This document shows, piece by piece, positions 49,064 through 60,330 of a stretch of 64,000 nt of DNA. Source of the DNA: Amoebophrya sp. A120. Lineage: Eukaryota > Protista > Dinoflagellata. Where the stretch lies: the NCBI GenBank assembly GCA_905178155.1, contig CAJINV010000019.1, positions 76,237 through 140,236 on the forward strand, read 5' to 3'. The notes beneath the pieces are model-generated. The model saw only the letters and a program-made list of their open reading frames with translations, had not been told where the DNA came from and did no database searches. Numbering within the stretch: the first letter of the stretch is position 1; each line of letters starts with the position of its first letter. Position numbers and translations under genes: made by a program.

Positions 49064-51202
49064 AATGGTGGTCTAATGTGAAATTAACTAATAAAAAGTT
49101 TGATTTTAACCATTACTACAGTGCCGTCAGTGGCGTCTGTGCGAGATAAAATGAATATTATGAATGCCGCTTCTAGAACGAGAAAGCTAGCTACTGGAGC
49201 GAGTTACGAAAAGTTGTGGTCGTGTACTACTGCTAGACAGCGCGCCATCTAGCCACGGCTTTCCATGTTTAAGTCTGCCTGACAATGGTGATCGTATGCT
49301 GTAGCAGTAGATCTAGAATGTAGGATTTTCATACCATTGTCCATTGAAAGTTCGGCTACTTACACCACGGTCCGATCGACTTCCAACGACGGTATAGGGA
49401 TCTAGTATCCACCTCATTCTGGAGCACCCCGAAGCCACAACTCTTTCGGATGATCGTTTGTGGCTCTACAACTTTTTGTGAACCAAAGACCGAGATGAAG
49501 ATGATCTTCCATAGCTATTTTTTGTAGTTTTATTCCCGGGCCCGAAATTGTTGGTATTTAAGCAGAGCGCCGCATACCCGACCCACTTCTTCCATATCTG
49601 ATTCATTGATTTGTCATTCCTGCTGGATTAGGCAGTGGATGCAGCTCCGACCGAATGATAGATCAGGTAGTTGCCGAAAACATGTGTGATGCACCGATAC
49701 TCATCGTGCATAATCGAGAGGAGATTCTTTGCTGTAGCAAGGAGGAAGGACTTTCTCATGCATCTTCCTGTACGCGGCTGATCGCCCGGCATACCTCACA
49801 GATGAATTGATTTTTAAACATCAGCTGCAAGCGGCAACCGGAATGCGTTTTCATGCACAATTTCATTGTTTCCTGTGTTTCTCTTTCTTTCAAGAGGCAT
49901 TTCGATTTCCGGGGTTCTCAAAATTGATACAAAGAGTGTGTGAAACAATGTGTCATGAAGATCGATGTGGATGTGTAATCTGGGTTATTTCAATTTTATT
50001 CATTTTGATTTATGTAGACTCACGGTTCGTAAAAAAGCATTTTTTCCGTCGGATCGCTCAATGCACCGGTTTCCGGCCCGAGCCTATGTCCATCATACAA
50101 ATATCAGTTCGACTAGTTTGTACAGGTGACACAGATGTTGTAATATTATATTGGTATTTTTGCGTATTGCATTTGCAATTGCAGTGGTGTAAAAATGCAT
50201 TTGACTTTCTACGAATTTTGGCGCATGAAGTCTTTCGATGATGCGTAGCTCTCAAGTGTGCTTCTTGTAAGTAATATAATGACATCCAGATTGTAAAATG
50301 ATTTTCAAAAATTCAACGGAGCACCAGCGGCCCTTTGGCTGCTTGGCAGCATGATATTTTTCACGACGTTGCCTCCGGATAAAGTGCAGTGCGGGTCCGA
50401 GAAGCACGAGAGGCTGCAGCAACGCTGCTCTATCCTCATCAAATCCTGTTCGCTTCGCGACCACCACCGCTCCCACCCAGGCACTTTCAATATTGTCCTC
50501 GTCCGTGGAAAAAAAACCGGTATCGGGATTACATTACTTGAGCTTCATCTTTGGAAGTCTAAGTGTGTAAAATTTTGTTTATCATCAATCTATTAAAAAG
50601 TTGTCAGCAGCTTCTATGTTAGCGGATTTAGTAGACCTGACACGAGGCCTTCTGAAAAAAATCAGTCTCCAATAGATATCGGCATGGCTTTTGAAAAGTT
50701 GTTAAAACACGAAGGAAAACACAAACTGTAAAATGATAATTGGTTTAGCTAAAAATGTTAAAAGTTGAACCTAAGTAGTTGCATAATTTCGTAAACTTAT
50801 CAATCTTGACTTTGTTCGAGTCTTCGTCCCTGGAATCGTTTCTTGTCTGTTTGTTTGTTTGTAGACATGCGGCAAGGTGGAAACGCGTCTACTCACCTTT
50901 TTTTCCCTAGCGCTACTTCAATAAAAACCCCTTTACGCAAAGATGCTTGAGAAAATCCTTAGGGGCTGCTACCGGTAGTGTACGACTTGCTTTAAAAATA
51001 ATTATACGGCCTGCTGGAAAGTGGTACTTTTATAAAGCGCCAAACTCCGTTGTAAATCTGTTGCGAATTTCCGTTGAAAAAAGGCTACTTCTTGGACCAC
51101 TTCTACCTTGCTTAGGAAGATCACGACACTTTGATCGTTCTGCTTTTGTTTTTCTTTTTAGCTCACTGTAAAGTTTTTAGATCGCCATAAGCTTCCAAGT
51201 AA

Positions 51203-51230
51203 AGTTCTCAACTAACAGTTCTCAACTAAC
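51203..51230. repeat. 14-bp tandem repeat x2 at retrotransposon 3' end
   Basis: agttctcaactaac agttctcaactaac, ~25 bp beyond the ORF stop. Confidence 0.7.
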
Positions 51231-51255
51231 ATAGACCGGAGCCTTTTGCAGAGCA

Positions 51256-52800
51256 TCACTCTTCAACCGCGCTGCGGCCTCGTCCATCGGACCACCACTG
51301 GTGCCGTATTGCCGGGAAGGGGCCGGCGAGTGGTGCGAGGGCGTCGTTGGCATCCACTAGGGCCCTCGCGACTTGGTTCGGTTTGTCGCGGCACTCCTCC
51401 ATGTGCCCGAGGTCCCAGGAGCGGAAGAATGACTGCGTGATCGGGCACTCATGCACGAAATGCGCCGTAGTCGCTTTCCCCTGCCCACATAGGGCACAGT
51501 CGAGGTCTTCTCCACTCGGCTGCGCCGCCAACAACCCAAAGCGCAGGGCGTAATACATGGTCTGGCCAACGCGGCCGCCGGCGTCGGTCACCAGATCACG
51601 CCCCCAGCCCCCTGTTTCCTGGAGCGTTTGCGCTGTTTTGCTCTTTGTCTTTTCGTCCCGTTGCCGTTCGGCCAGGTTCCGGCGGGCTTCGTTCCGCACG
51701 TAGCGGCGGGCCCCCGTCTTGAACTGCTTGCGCGTGATCGGTTCGCCCTCTTCCTGCAGGTCGCTGCGGTTGGCGTACCCCGCGAGGTGGTCGGCGACCA
51801 CGTTCCCCGCGATGCCGGAGTGCCCTGGCACATACCGGACGACCAGCTTGGCGCAGCTTTTCAGCGCGTCCGCTGCAGCCGTGTAGACCTCGGCGCCCAG
51901 GTCGTCCCGCAGTCTCGGATTGAGCAACGCCCGCACGTTGGACTGGCTGTCCGTGCAGATCGTCACCTGCTCGCTTTTCAGCGCGTGGCGTGCCACCGCT
52001 CGGAAGGCTGCGATGAGCGCCATGCGTTCGGTTTCGTACGAATCCGTGTGGAGCCCGATGGGCCACGCCGCCCCACACTGGATGCCGAACCCATGCAGAA
52101 AGACGCCACAAGACCCGGCAAAGTCTTTGACCGACCCGTCACAATACAGCACCAGGCTGGACTCCCGAAGGGTGTCCACCAGCGCCGGCGTGCCTTCGTT
52201 TTGCCACGTCGCCTGGAAGCGGCCCTGTTCCTCTGCTTCGTGGAGGACGGACCACCCGCGTCCTGCTCTTGCGCCGATCTCGGGGAGAACGGACGAAACC
52301 GCGACGTTAGAGTCGTCGATCACTTGCAAGCCGGTTTCTAGCCAGTCCACGCTCGAGGTGTTCGCTACCTCCCTCAAAGCGTCCCCGGGCGGTCGTGAGA
52401 AAGCACGGGCCGTGAGCGCCGTACTTTCCACCTGGTAGAGCTCCGGGAGCGACAAAAGGCCGGCCGCCATGAGTGCGCAGGCGCGGTTCACCTGTCTAAA
52501 CTTCGGAAAGCCCAGCACTTCTTTGGCCCCCTCCAGCTGGAAACTGTTCAGGGCGGCCGCCTCTTTCGCCCCGAGCCCGCTCCAGTATGTTGCTAGCCCA
52601 TACGTGAGGACGCTTTCGCAGAATAACTGGTAAAAAGCCCGGACGGACTTCGACCCGGCGCCCAACGCTCGCGATAGGATGCGCACTGCCGCCATTCGCT
52701 TGGTGAGGATTTCGGATATGACTTCAAAGTGCCGACAGAGTGTCAGCTTGCGATCAAACCACACACCGAGGAAGCGCGGGTGGGGGTCGTAGACGAGCTT
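51256..52800 (-). CDS. Retrotransposon RT thumb, RNase H and zinc knuckle segment
   Basis: FLGVWFDRKLT, YCDGS, ETERMAL, ICTDSQS, YVPGHSGIAGNVVADHLA, CALC..HFVHEC. Confidence 0.85.
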   Translation of the reverse strand, partial: KLVYDPHPRFLGVWFDRKLTLCRHFEVISEILTKRMAAVRILSRALGAGSKSVRAFYQLFCESVLTYGLATYWSGLGAKEAAALNSFQLEGAKEVLGFPKFRQVNRACALMAAGLLSLPELYQVESTALTARAFSRPPGDALREVANTSSVDWLETGLQVIDDSNVAVSSVLPEIGARAGRGWSVLHEAEEQGRFQATWQNEGTPALVDTLRESSLVLYCDGSVKDFAGSCGVFLHGFGIQCGAAWPIGLHTDSYETERMALIAAFRAVARHALKSEQVTICTDSQSNVRALLNPRLRDDLGAEVYTAAADALKSCAKLVVRYVPGHSGIAGNVVADHLAGYANRSDLQEEGEPITRKQFKTGARRYVRNEARRNLAERQRDEKTKSKTAQTLQETGGWGRDLVTDAGGRVGQTMYYALRFGLLAAQPSGEDLDCALCGQGKATTAHFVHECPITQSFFRSWDLGHMEECRDKPNQVARALVDANDALAPLAGPFPAIRHQWWSDGRGRSAVEE

Positions 52801-53910
52801 TTCCCACCCCGTCGTGGTGCAAGGCGAGTTCATCCAAGTCGCACGCAAACTCGTTCTGGAAGACGATATACGAGCACTTCCCGGGAGCAAGCTGCATATT
52901 GCTTCGGCTGCAGAAGTCGGCGACCACGTCCAGGGCGGCCTGGAGTAGTTTCTGCGCCTCCCCTGTCTCCCCGGACCCGTGCTCTAGCGTGAGCGCCAAG
53001 TCGTCCACGTACGCGAGGACTTGCACTCGTGGGCACTTCTTCTGCAGCTCTCGGAGCAGAATGTCGGCGAAACTGCACCAGACCAGCGGGCCGAGGCACG
53101 TGCCTTGCGGGACCCCCTGGCGCAGCGGGACGGCCTGGGAGATCTCGTCGCTGAACCTCACCACTCGGCGGCGGTTGGTGACGAAGGAGCAGATCCACCG
53201 CGTGAGCAGCAGGAGCTCCTGTTTTCGTGCCGGGTCTTTAAACTCGTGCCGCCGCTCCAGTAGTCCGCTGAGGAACAGCGGCGGGCAAACACGCTCGAAG
53301 GCCGAACTCAAGTCCAGGAAGCACGTCGCCCTCCGGCGATTCTTGCGCAGGGTGTCGGAGGCCAGGGCCCCCAGCGTTGCCGTGTGGTCCGTCGCGCTTC
53401 TTGCGGGTGTGTCCCCGTACTGGTTCTTGCTGTACAGCGGGGCGCCCTCCGCCTGGAAGGTTAGCCGCAGGCGCCGCAGCACTGTGCGTTCCCAGGCTTT
53501 CCCCAAGCACGACGTCAGGGCCACCGGCCGGAGGGATTTGGGTAGGTCCGCGGCACGGCCGGGCTTTGGTACTGGTACGCAGACTTCCAGCCGCATGACC
53601 TCCGGCGTCACGCCTTCGGTGACCCCTTGCTCGAAGGTTGCGCGCAAGAGCTGCTTGCCCTGTTGCGGGAGGTTTTTCAGCAGCACCCCGTGGATGCTGT
53701 CTGGCCCGGGAGCCCCGCCCGGCTTTTGGCCCCGTAGAGCGAACTCCACGTCATCCAGCTCCAAGCGCAGCGCTGTGCTCGGCGCTAGCTCTTCCGCTAG
53801 TGTGTGCTGGTATTGGTCCCAGGCCACTCGCTCTGCCCCGGGGTCCAACACCGGGTGGGACCCGTAGAAATGCGCCAAGACACACGCGAGCTTTTTGAAC
53901 ACCAGCTTCC
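52800..53910 (-). CDS. Retrotransposon reverse transcriptase segment
   Basis: APGPDSI, LRPVALTSCLGKAWER, FLDLSSAFERV, GVPQGTCLGP, YVDD. Confidence 0.9.
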
Positions 53911-56547
53911 CGGCGTATCGCAGCGCTGTGGTCTGCTGCTTCGGCGGCGGCCGCCCTTGTAGTTCCCACCCGCAAAAGCCGGAAGGCCCCGCTGGTTGTC
54001 TGCTCCGCTTGCTCGAGCTTTTGCCCGAACTCGTCGTCCCTCCTGCTGGCCTCGGCGTTTGCTACACGCGCCGTCGCGCGCCGTAACGCGGTGCGCCAGT
54101 ACAGTCGCTCCGCCGGCGGTGCGAAGGCCACGCGCTTGATGCACTCTCCCCGCTCTTTCAGTGCAAGGCCTAGCTCCGTGCCTGTTTGCCACCGCGGCTG
54201 CCTGTGTCTCTTTCTCGTTCTCGTGACATTGCTGCGCGGGATAGACCTGTGCGCGGCGGCTTGTATCGCAGCGCGGATGTGTGCGAACTTGTCCTCGACC
54301 GACGGTGGTGCCGGGTGGTCCCGGAGAAAGGTGCGCATCTCTGCGCGGTACAAGTCCCAGTCCGCCCGATTGAAGTTCAAGCGCGTGCGCCTCTTCGTTG
54401 TGGGGAGTGGTTCCTGCCACAAGTCCGGGCTCCACGGAGCTACCGTTGGGTCCGCCGGGAGGGCCACTACCGCCCCGGGGGCCGGCGCAGGTGGCGTTTT
54501 TGTGCTTGGTGTCGGGACCGGTGTGGGGCCGCCAAATGAAGGAACTATCGGCGCCAGCCCGGAGACTGCGGCAACTAGCAACCCCAGCCCCGGCAAGACC
54601 GGCAGTCGCTTCTCCCCTGTGTTGCTCTGCGCGTCCGCGCTGTGCTTGTTCGCGCGCTGGGCCCGAAGGCGCTCGAACTTCTCCTTGCGGAGAACCTTCT
54701 TTTGCCTCCCGGTGAGATTTACTTTCCCACCACCTCCTGCTGCTCCCTGTGTTTCGAAACTGGCGTCCTGTGTGCCCCGGAGGCCTTGGTTGGCCTTCTG
54801 CCCCGAGCCGGTAGCGCGGCCTCGTCCCGCCCCTCCTCCCCCGGCGTCGTCTTTTGCTGTGTTGCTGGCGGTGAAGTTCTGCTTCCCCGGACGCTGATCG
54901 GCACGTGGCTCGACCAAGTCGAAGACCAGGGCCGCATGGTCTCCGCCGACGAGGCACACTGCTGGCCCCTGCGGCTGTAGTTCGGCAGCCCGCGCGAGTA
55001 GTCTTCCGGTCAGCAAGACTACGTCCGGCGAGGTCTTCGACGCAGGCCGGGTCGGCAGCGGGGTGGTGTAGAACTCCAGCGCCTGCGCAGTTGCCCAGGT
55101 CTTCACCTGGGTCGCCCGTGGCTCCTGTGTGTGGTTCGCGTCCCAGGAAATTGCAATCTCCCTGCCCGGGGGCATGTTGATTGCCGGTAGGGTGGGAATT
55201 CCCGGAGGGGTGTAGACGTTCGCGCTTACGCCCCACTCCTTGCCCGTGTCGAGGTTGAACAGGGTGGCGCAGGTGGAGGCAACGTTCTTCCCGCCCTCCG
55301 CGACAATGCGGAAGTCCGGGTCTGACTTCACGACTCCCACTCGCCCCTCTCGGACGATGCTGGCAGCCCCTCCCCCGCTGCCTTCGGTCTCACAGACTTC
55401 AAGAACCTCCCAGCCCGGTACGTGGCGCTGGAGAAATTCGCGGAGGAAGTCTTCGCCGCACCAGGTTTCCTGGAGGTGGCACAAGTCCACCTCGTGCTCC
55501 TCGAGCAGCTGGCTCAACGCCGCCCCTTTCACAGAGGCCGCCGCTTCGTCGCTTTGGTTGAGCGACTGGCAGTTCCACTGCGCGACCCGCACCGCCCCTT
55601 GCACGACTGGGTGCTTCGCCCCATACTGCTCTTCCTCCGCTTTTGCTGCGCCCTTGGCCGGCCCGACTACGTGGCGCGTGTAGTACTTGACCTCCTTCCC
55701 CCGGCTACACTCGGGCAAGAGGAAGGTCGTGCACTTCTTGTGTGCCTTTGCGATGTGCTCGCTGAAACCCTGGACCCTACCCGCATACCCGCGGTTGTAT
55801 GGGCAGTGCGAGCAGTAGTAGCGCCGCGCTGCTGCAGCTTGTTTTAGCGTATCCCCCAGGCCAACCACAACGCAGGACTCGGCATTCTGGTAGTTTGGGA
55901 GGTCCTGGACGGACACAACGCCTTCGACCGCAGGCGCAGCTTCTTCCTGGTCTTCGTCCCCGTCGGGGCCAGCACTGGCGCGCCCTGTGCTGCTGCAGCT
56001 ATTCCCGCCCGCCTGCAGGCGGTTGGGTTGTTCCGCTTGTAGTGCAGGTGCTGCCAGGGCATTGGAAACGTTGTCGCCCAGGCCGGGCGGCTGGCGTAGA
56101 GCCTTCTTTTGCTCTGTTGTCGGATGCGCCGCTGCGAGCATTGCTCTGGTTCCGGAGTTGGAGATGTGCTGTGCGGCTCCCTCCTGTGCAGGTCCGCTTG
56201 CGACCTGTGTCCCGGCAACCTGCTCCAGACCAGGAGGTGTCTGTTGTGGCTGGACCTCCTGCTCCTGCTGGACCCGCGGGAGAGCAGGCTCTCTCGCTGC
56301 TGTTGTGCTGCTCACCTGAACCTGATGCATCGCCGGTACTGTTTCGTCATTTGCAGGAGGGGGAGGGGGGCCCAGCTGGATTTGTGTTGTCGCGCCGCCT
56401 AGTGCTTGTCGGCTGCTGTGTGCAGGGTGCAAGTCGTGCTGCATCGCCAGAACTTGGCGTGGGGCGGGGGTGTTTCCGTGGGCCTGTAGGCACGTGCGCT
56501 GTATCGGAGCAGCCACTGTGACTTCGGCGCCCCATCTTGTCTGTCAT
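53910..56547 (-). CDS. Retrotransposon N-terminal segment: Q/P-rich region, C2H2 finger, AP-type endonuclease
   Basis: VAQWNCQSL, HLQETW, NVYTPP, WDANH, SPDVVL, GDHAALV, LNFNRADW. Confidence 0.85.
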
Positions 56548-56639
56548 TTTAGACAGAGTATCATATTACTTTCTTCTACTTCTACTTCTTTGTTTATTCC
56601 CTTCTGAAATAACTAGAGTTTCCGCCCCTTCCCATCCGC

Positions 56640-59600
56640 TCAAATTTGCAGAAGCGCATCGCTCCCGTTTGCTGCCTCAACTCGCCCCCTCCAACTCCGC
56701 CCCTTGCAAGACTGCTGGAGGATTTTTCGGGTCAGGTATGCAGTGCAAAAAAACATCGTATTAAATGCAAGAGAAAACTGCATGACAAATCGCTTCCTGA
56801 AGCTAAATCAGTATCACAAGTGCGATTTTTCCATTTGCAGAAATCTGTCATGCGATTGTTGACCTACGAGTAGCACGACACATTTGCGATGCATATCAAG
56901 AAGATGATGGCGAAAGTGAAGAGGAGGATGATCCCGACCGTTGTCGCGGAACAGAATTCCATGAATTCCGCGTCTTGTTGCAGTTCCGGTTTATTGTCCC
57001 CGCTCTCCCGGATGAGATGACTCTTCGCACTGTTCATTCCCTGCGCCTGCTCGTTCTCCGAGGACCACCTCCCGTAGTTGAGCAGGAAATTCAGGTACGA
57101 TTGCGAAGTAGAGTCGGTCGCCGCAGAGGAAGTGGAGAGACTGCGAGTGTTTCCATCTTCACCATCTTCTTCAGCAAGAGCTGCTACATCCCCTACTTCA
57201 TTCGTCTCGGGGAAGTTGTTGTGTCCGCCCTGCTCCTCATCAGTTTGAGTTTCGACGATTCTGCTTTGTTTGAGGTTTTCGCCCTCGGATAGTTGTAGTT
57301 TTTGCGCCAGCTGCAAGTGTGGTGGTTCTTCTTCTTCTTTTCCCGCCTGCTCCTCAACATTGTCGTGTTCTTTTTTCTCTGATTCTTCGCCGAAGAAAAT
57401 TCGGTTGAAAAACGAAACCAGTTTCTGGTTAAACCGCGGACCACTTTTGCGTTGAAGGTGGTTCAAGTTCGACTTTGAAGACGTGGTCGACGTCGCTTGT
57501 TGTTGATCCAGGTCAGCTTTGTCGTCATTTACAGACTTATCAGCATCTTCATTTAAGACATCGGTTTCCCTTTCCTCGTCGACATCTTCCATGGACCCCG
57601 TCGCCGCGTACTGGGGGTTGCTGTACCCGCCCCGGAGATTTGAGGTTTTCTTAACAGCTGATGTTCTACTTCTTCTGGAAGCACCAGTGTTGACATGATC
57701 AACATCTGAGGATGAGGAAGACGTAGTTTCTATCTTTCTTGCCGAGGAGCTACTAGCCGCTCCTGCTGTGCTGGTGCTGGTTGCGGGAATTCCTGCACCA
57801 CTGGATGGAGTTGTAGATGAGGGCTTTGTTGTACTCTGCGCCACGTCGGAAGTAGATGCAGCTCCTGGTGAGCTGCTACCCGCTTGTTCATCGTCTACTT
57901 CGACGTGTTTTTCCGATGTCGCGGCACCCTTTGTAGGCGAAGAAGAAGATGAAACCGCGGCCGTACCACTGCTCTGTAGTTTCCGAGCAGCTTTACCTTG
58001 AGAAAGTCGTGCAGAAGTTGTAGTTGTTTTTGTGACGTCTTTCTTTTGGAGTTGCGTCTGATCCTGCTGCTGCTCGTCACCCTCCAACTGTAGGAATGCG
58101 GAGGAAAACGCAGTGGCTTCTGGGTCGAGGTCGTCCACATCATCTGCCTTTTTGTGATGATGATGATGATGGTGGTCGTGATGCTTGGCTGATTGTGGTT
58201 TTTCGGCAGGAGCATCCTCCTCGTCATCTACCTCTTCGTCCTTAGCCGCCGACGACGGCGCCTTCGCTTCTTTTTCATTCCCCGCGGCTGTACTAGCAGA
58301 TTTGCTTGTAGTTTTCGGTGCGGCAGCGGCAGAAGGACCAGCACCTCCTTTCGTTCGACCTTGGGTTTTTGTCTATCCTGTGGAAAAGTATCGCCCTCGT
58401 GCTAATGTAATACGGCGGATATCTTTGCATGACAGATCTGATTTTCTATTTCTAGTACCCGGGTTAGCATTGGAAGTATCATTTTCGATTCTGCAAAAAT
58501 TTGTAATCTGCAGTTGCTAGTACGTGTAGTACCACCAGTACGATAAGTATCGACGAGACTTTTCAACACTGCATATTTCCCCGCCCTTGCTGCCACCACC
58601 TTGCACATCTACCGTCGTCTTCGTTTGCGCAACAGGAGGCGTTGGTGCGCCGGCCGTCGCAGTCTGGCTGGCAGGAGGCAAAGTGGGCACGGAGAGGTCC
58701 ATTCCCGGTACCAGGCCGCTGACGACGTTCTTGCCACCAGCCTTGCTCCGCTGCGTGGAAATTTCCGGAATCTTTCCCGCGAGAAGATCCCGACCGGCTG
58801 GCGTTTCTCCCAGCACGGAGGGCGGCTCCTTTTCCACATCGTCGTGCCATTTTTTCTCCCGGTGTTTCGCAGTCGCCTTTTTGTGTTCTTTCTTCTTTTT
58901 AGCCGCTGCGCCTTCGCTGCTCTCGTCCTCGCTACTGCCGGTTGCTTTCTTCTTTTTCTTGTTCCTACTACGGGCGGCCTATCCTCTGCAAAAGTATCGT
59001 ACTCGTAGTGGCTGCTGCAGCTACTCCTGCATTACAGATTTCATGCTCTGTCTACCACAATCGCCAGCATTACAAATTCAATGCTTCAACTTGGGAAATA
59101 AATTTGTGATGCAATTTTGAATAGTAGCACGATGCTTTTGCATTGCATAGGGCTGCGACCAGTCCCAATCCCGTTGCTCCTGCTGCAACGCCGCCCGCGG
59201 CTACAAGTCCGGCCTGCAGCTTCTGATTCTTTTGGATCTCTTCTTGCAGCTCGTCGTATGAGAGTGCACAACTCTCCATCCTCCTTATTTGTCATGCAAA
59301 ACTACACCAAATCCAGTTGCTGCCTTGTAGCATTGTTTGCATGACAAACTCCGGAAGCCCAAGCAGTACTACACTAGGGACATAAATTTGTCATGCATCG
59401 GCTCCACGTGTGCTGGTGTTTGTATTGCTGTTCATGCCATGCAAATGAGGGGGAGGGGGAGTTCTGCATTGTCATAGGTTGTACAGCGTGTTGCCGTCAA
59501 GCTCGTGTTGCTATCGAATGCAAATGTGTCTGGGTCTGGAAACTTGTGATGCTGAGCCCCCCTTGGCTGAGCCTGTTCCAAGAGCCACCAAGCATGACAA

Positions 59601-60330
59601 GTTTTCGTCGAGCTTTCTTACTTTTATACGTAGCAAGCATAAGCATTACACGTGGCGTTTTTGCATGACAAAAAAGGCACAACTTGTGCTGGTCATGCAA
59701 TACAGACTTGGCACTCATGCAAGACAAGCAGCAGAACTTCCTCCTTTCCAGACCCAGACGTATTTGCAATGCATAGTTGCAAGTCTTCAATCTTCTGGTC
59801 GTCCCGGGCGTTCTCTGCTTCGGCGTTATCAGTTGCTGTTTTGGCTGCTTCTTTGGCCTTTTCGAGCTGCCTCCGCAACTGTTCGATAGTATTCTGGTCC
59901 TCATTGTGTTGTGTCTTGAGATCGTTCTTGTCACCTTGTATCCAAGAAAAAAATTGTGTAGGAAGAGCAGCGTCACAAATTTCGTTCTGCATCTACAGAA
60001 AACACCTGTCATGCGCAGCTAGTAGTGTACGTGAAAGCACGCATCAAGCGTCGGGTGGCTATGAACATGCAGCTTCGGCACGACATTGTCGTGCCGAAGC
60101 TGCTTCTTCTTCTTCCTCTACACTTGTCACAAGTGTAGCGGTTTTGCATTTTCTACATCTTTGCAAACTTACACTTACACAGTTTTTTTCTTGCACATCT
60201 TCCAGGTCGCTGATTTTGGCGTCGTCCGCTGCATCGTCTTCTCGGGCCTCCGCGGCGTCGGCATTAGCCTTCGTTAGTGCCGCCTGGTCCGTCTTATCCA
60301 GTTGCGCAAATCCAACGGACGTTGCTCAGG
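56640..60330 (-). CDS. Membrane-anchored low-complexity protein (coiled-coil N-terminal part, S/T/E-rich region, C-terminal TM); 6 introners; true start upstream and unresolved
   Basis: In-frame joins ISDLE|DDKND, EDLQ|HELDG, LYN|QLQEE, LVAA|PRSRN, KGGE|KTQG and IIFL|TRKILQ; stop at 56640-56642. Confidence 0.7.
56737..56895. mobile_element. Introner family C, diverged
   Basis: tatgcagtgcaaaaaaacatcgta...cacatttgcgatgcata; DR tcagg/tcaag (synonymous Leu TTG/CTG). Confidence 0.82.
58374..58575. mobile_element. Introner family C, decayed
   Basis: tatcctgtggaaaagtatcg...cgagacttttcaacactgcata; DR ttgtc/tttcc; frame restored. Confidence 0.75.
58980..59149. mobile_element. Introner family C, diverged
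   Basis: tatcctctgcaaaagtatcg...cgatgcttttgcattgcata; DR cggcc/gggct; frame restored. Confidence 0.82.
59257..59476. mobile_element. Introner, B-like, decayed
   Basis: tatgagagtgcacaactctcc...gggagttctgcattgtcata; internal ttgtcatgc/gcatgacaa; DR cgtcg/ggttg; frame restored. Confidence 0.7.
59512..59775. mobile_element. Introner family A
   Basis: A-type TIRs; DR gttgc/gttgc. Confidence 0.9.
59939..60197. mobile_element. Introner family E (inverted relative to 13176; right end ACA)
   Basis: tatccaagaaaaaattgtgtagg...cacttacacagtttttttcttgcaca; DR ccttg/tcttc; frame restored. Confidence 0.8.

Larger units (their letters stand above)
51203..56547 (-). mobile_element. Non-LTR retrotransposon, I/Ingi-like, single long ORF broken by three apparent +1 frameshifts
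   Basis: C2H2 finger (YYCSHC...EHIAKAH), APE endonuclease, RT, RNase H and C-terminal CCHC in that order; 14-bp tandem repeat at the 3' end; GC-rich block; exact 5' end and TSD not found. Confidence 0.88.

Noticed and set aside
51256-56547. Retrotransposon as the enzyme that mobilises the introners
   Set aside because: Introners have TIRs, a fixed 5-bp DR and no 3' tail or similarity to the element, which fits DNA transposition rather than target-primed reverse transcription.
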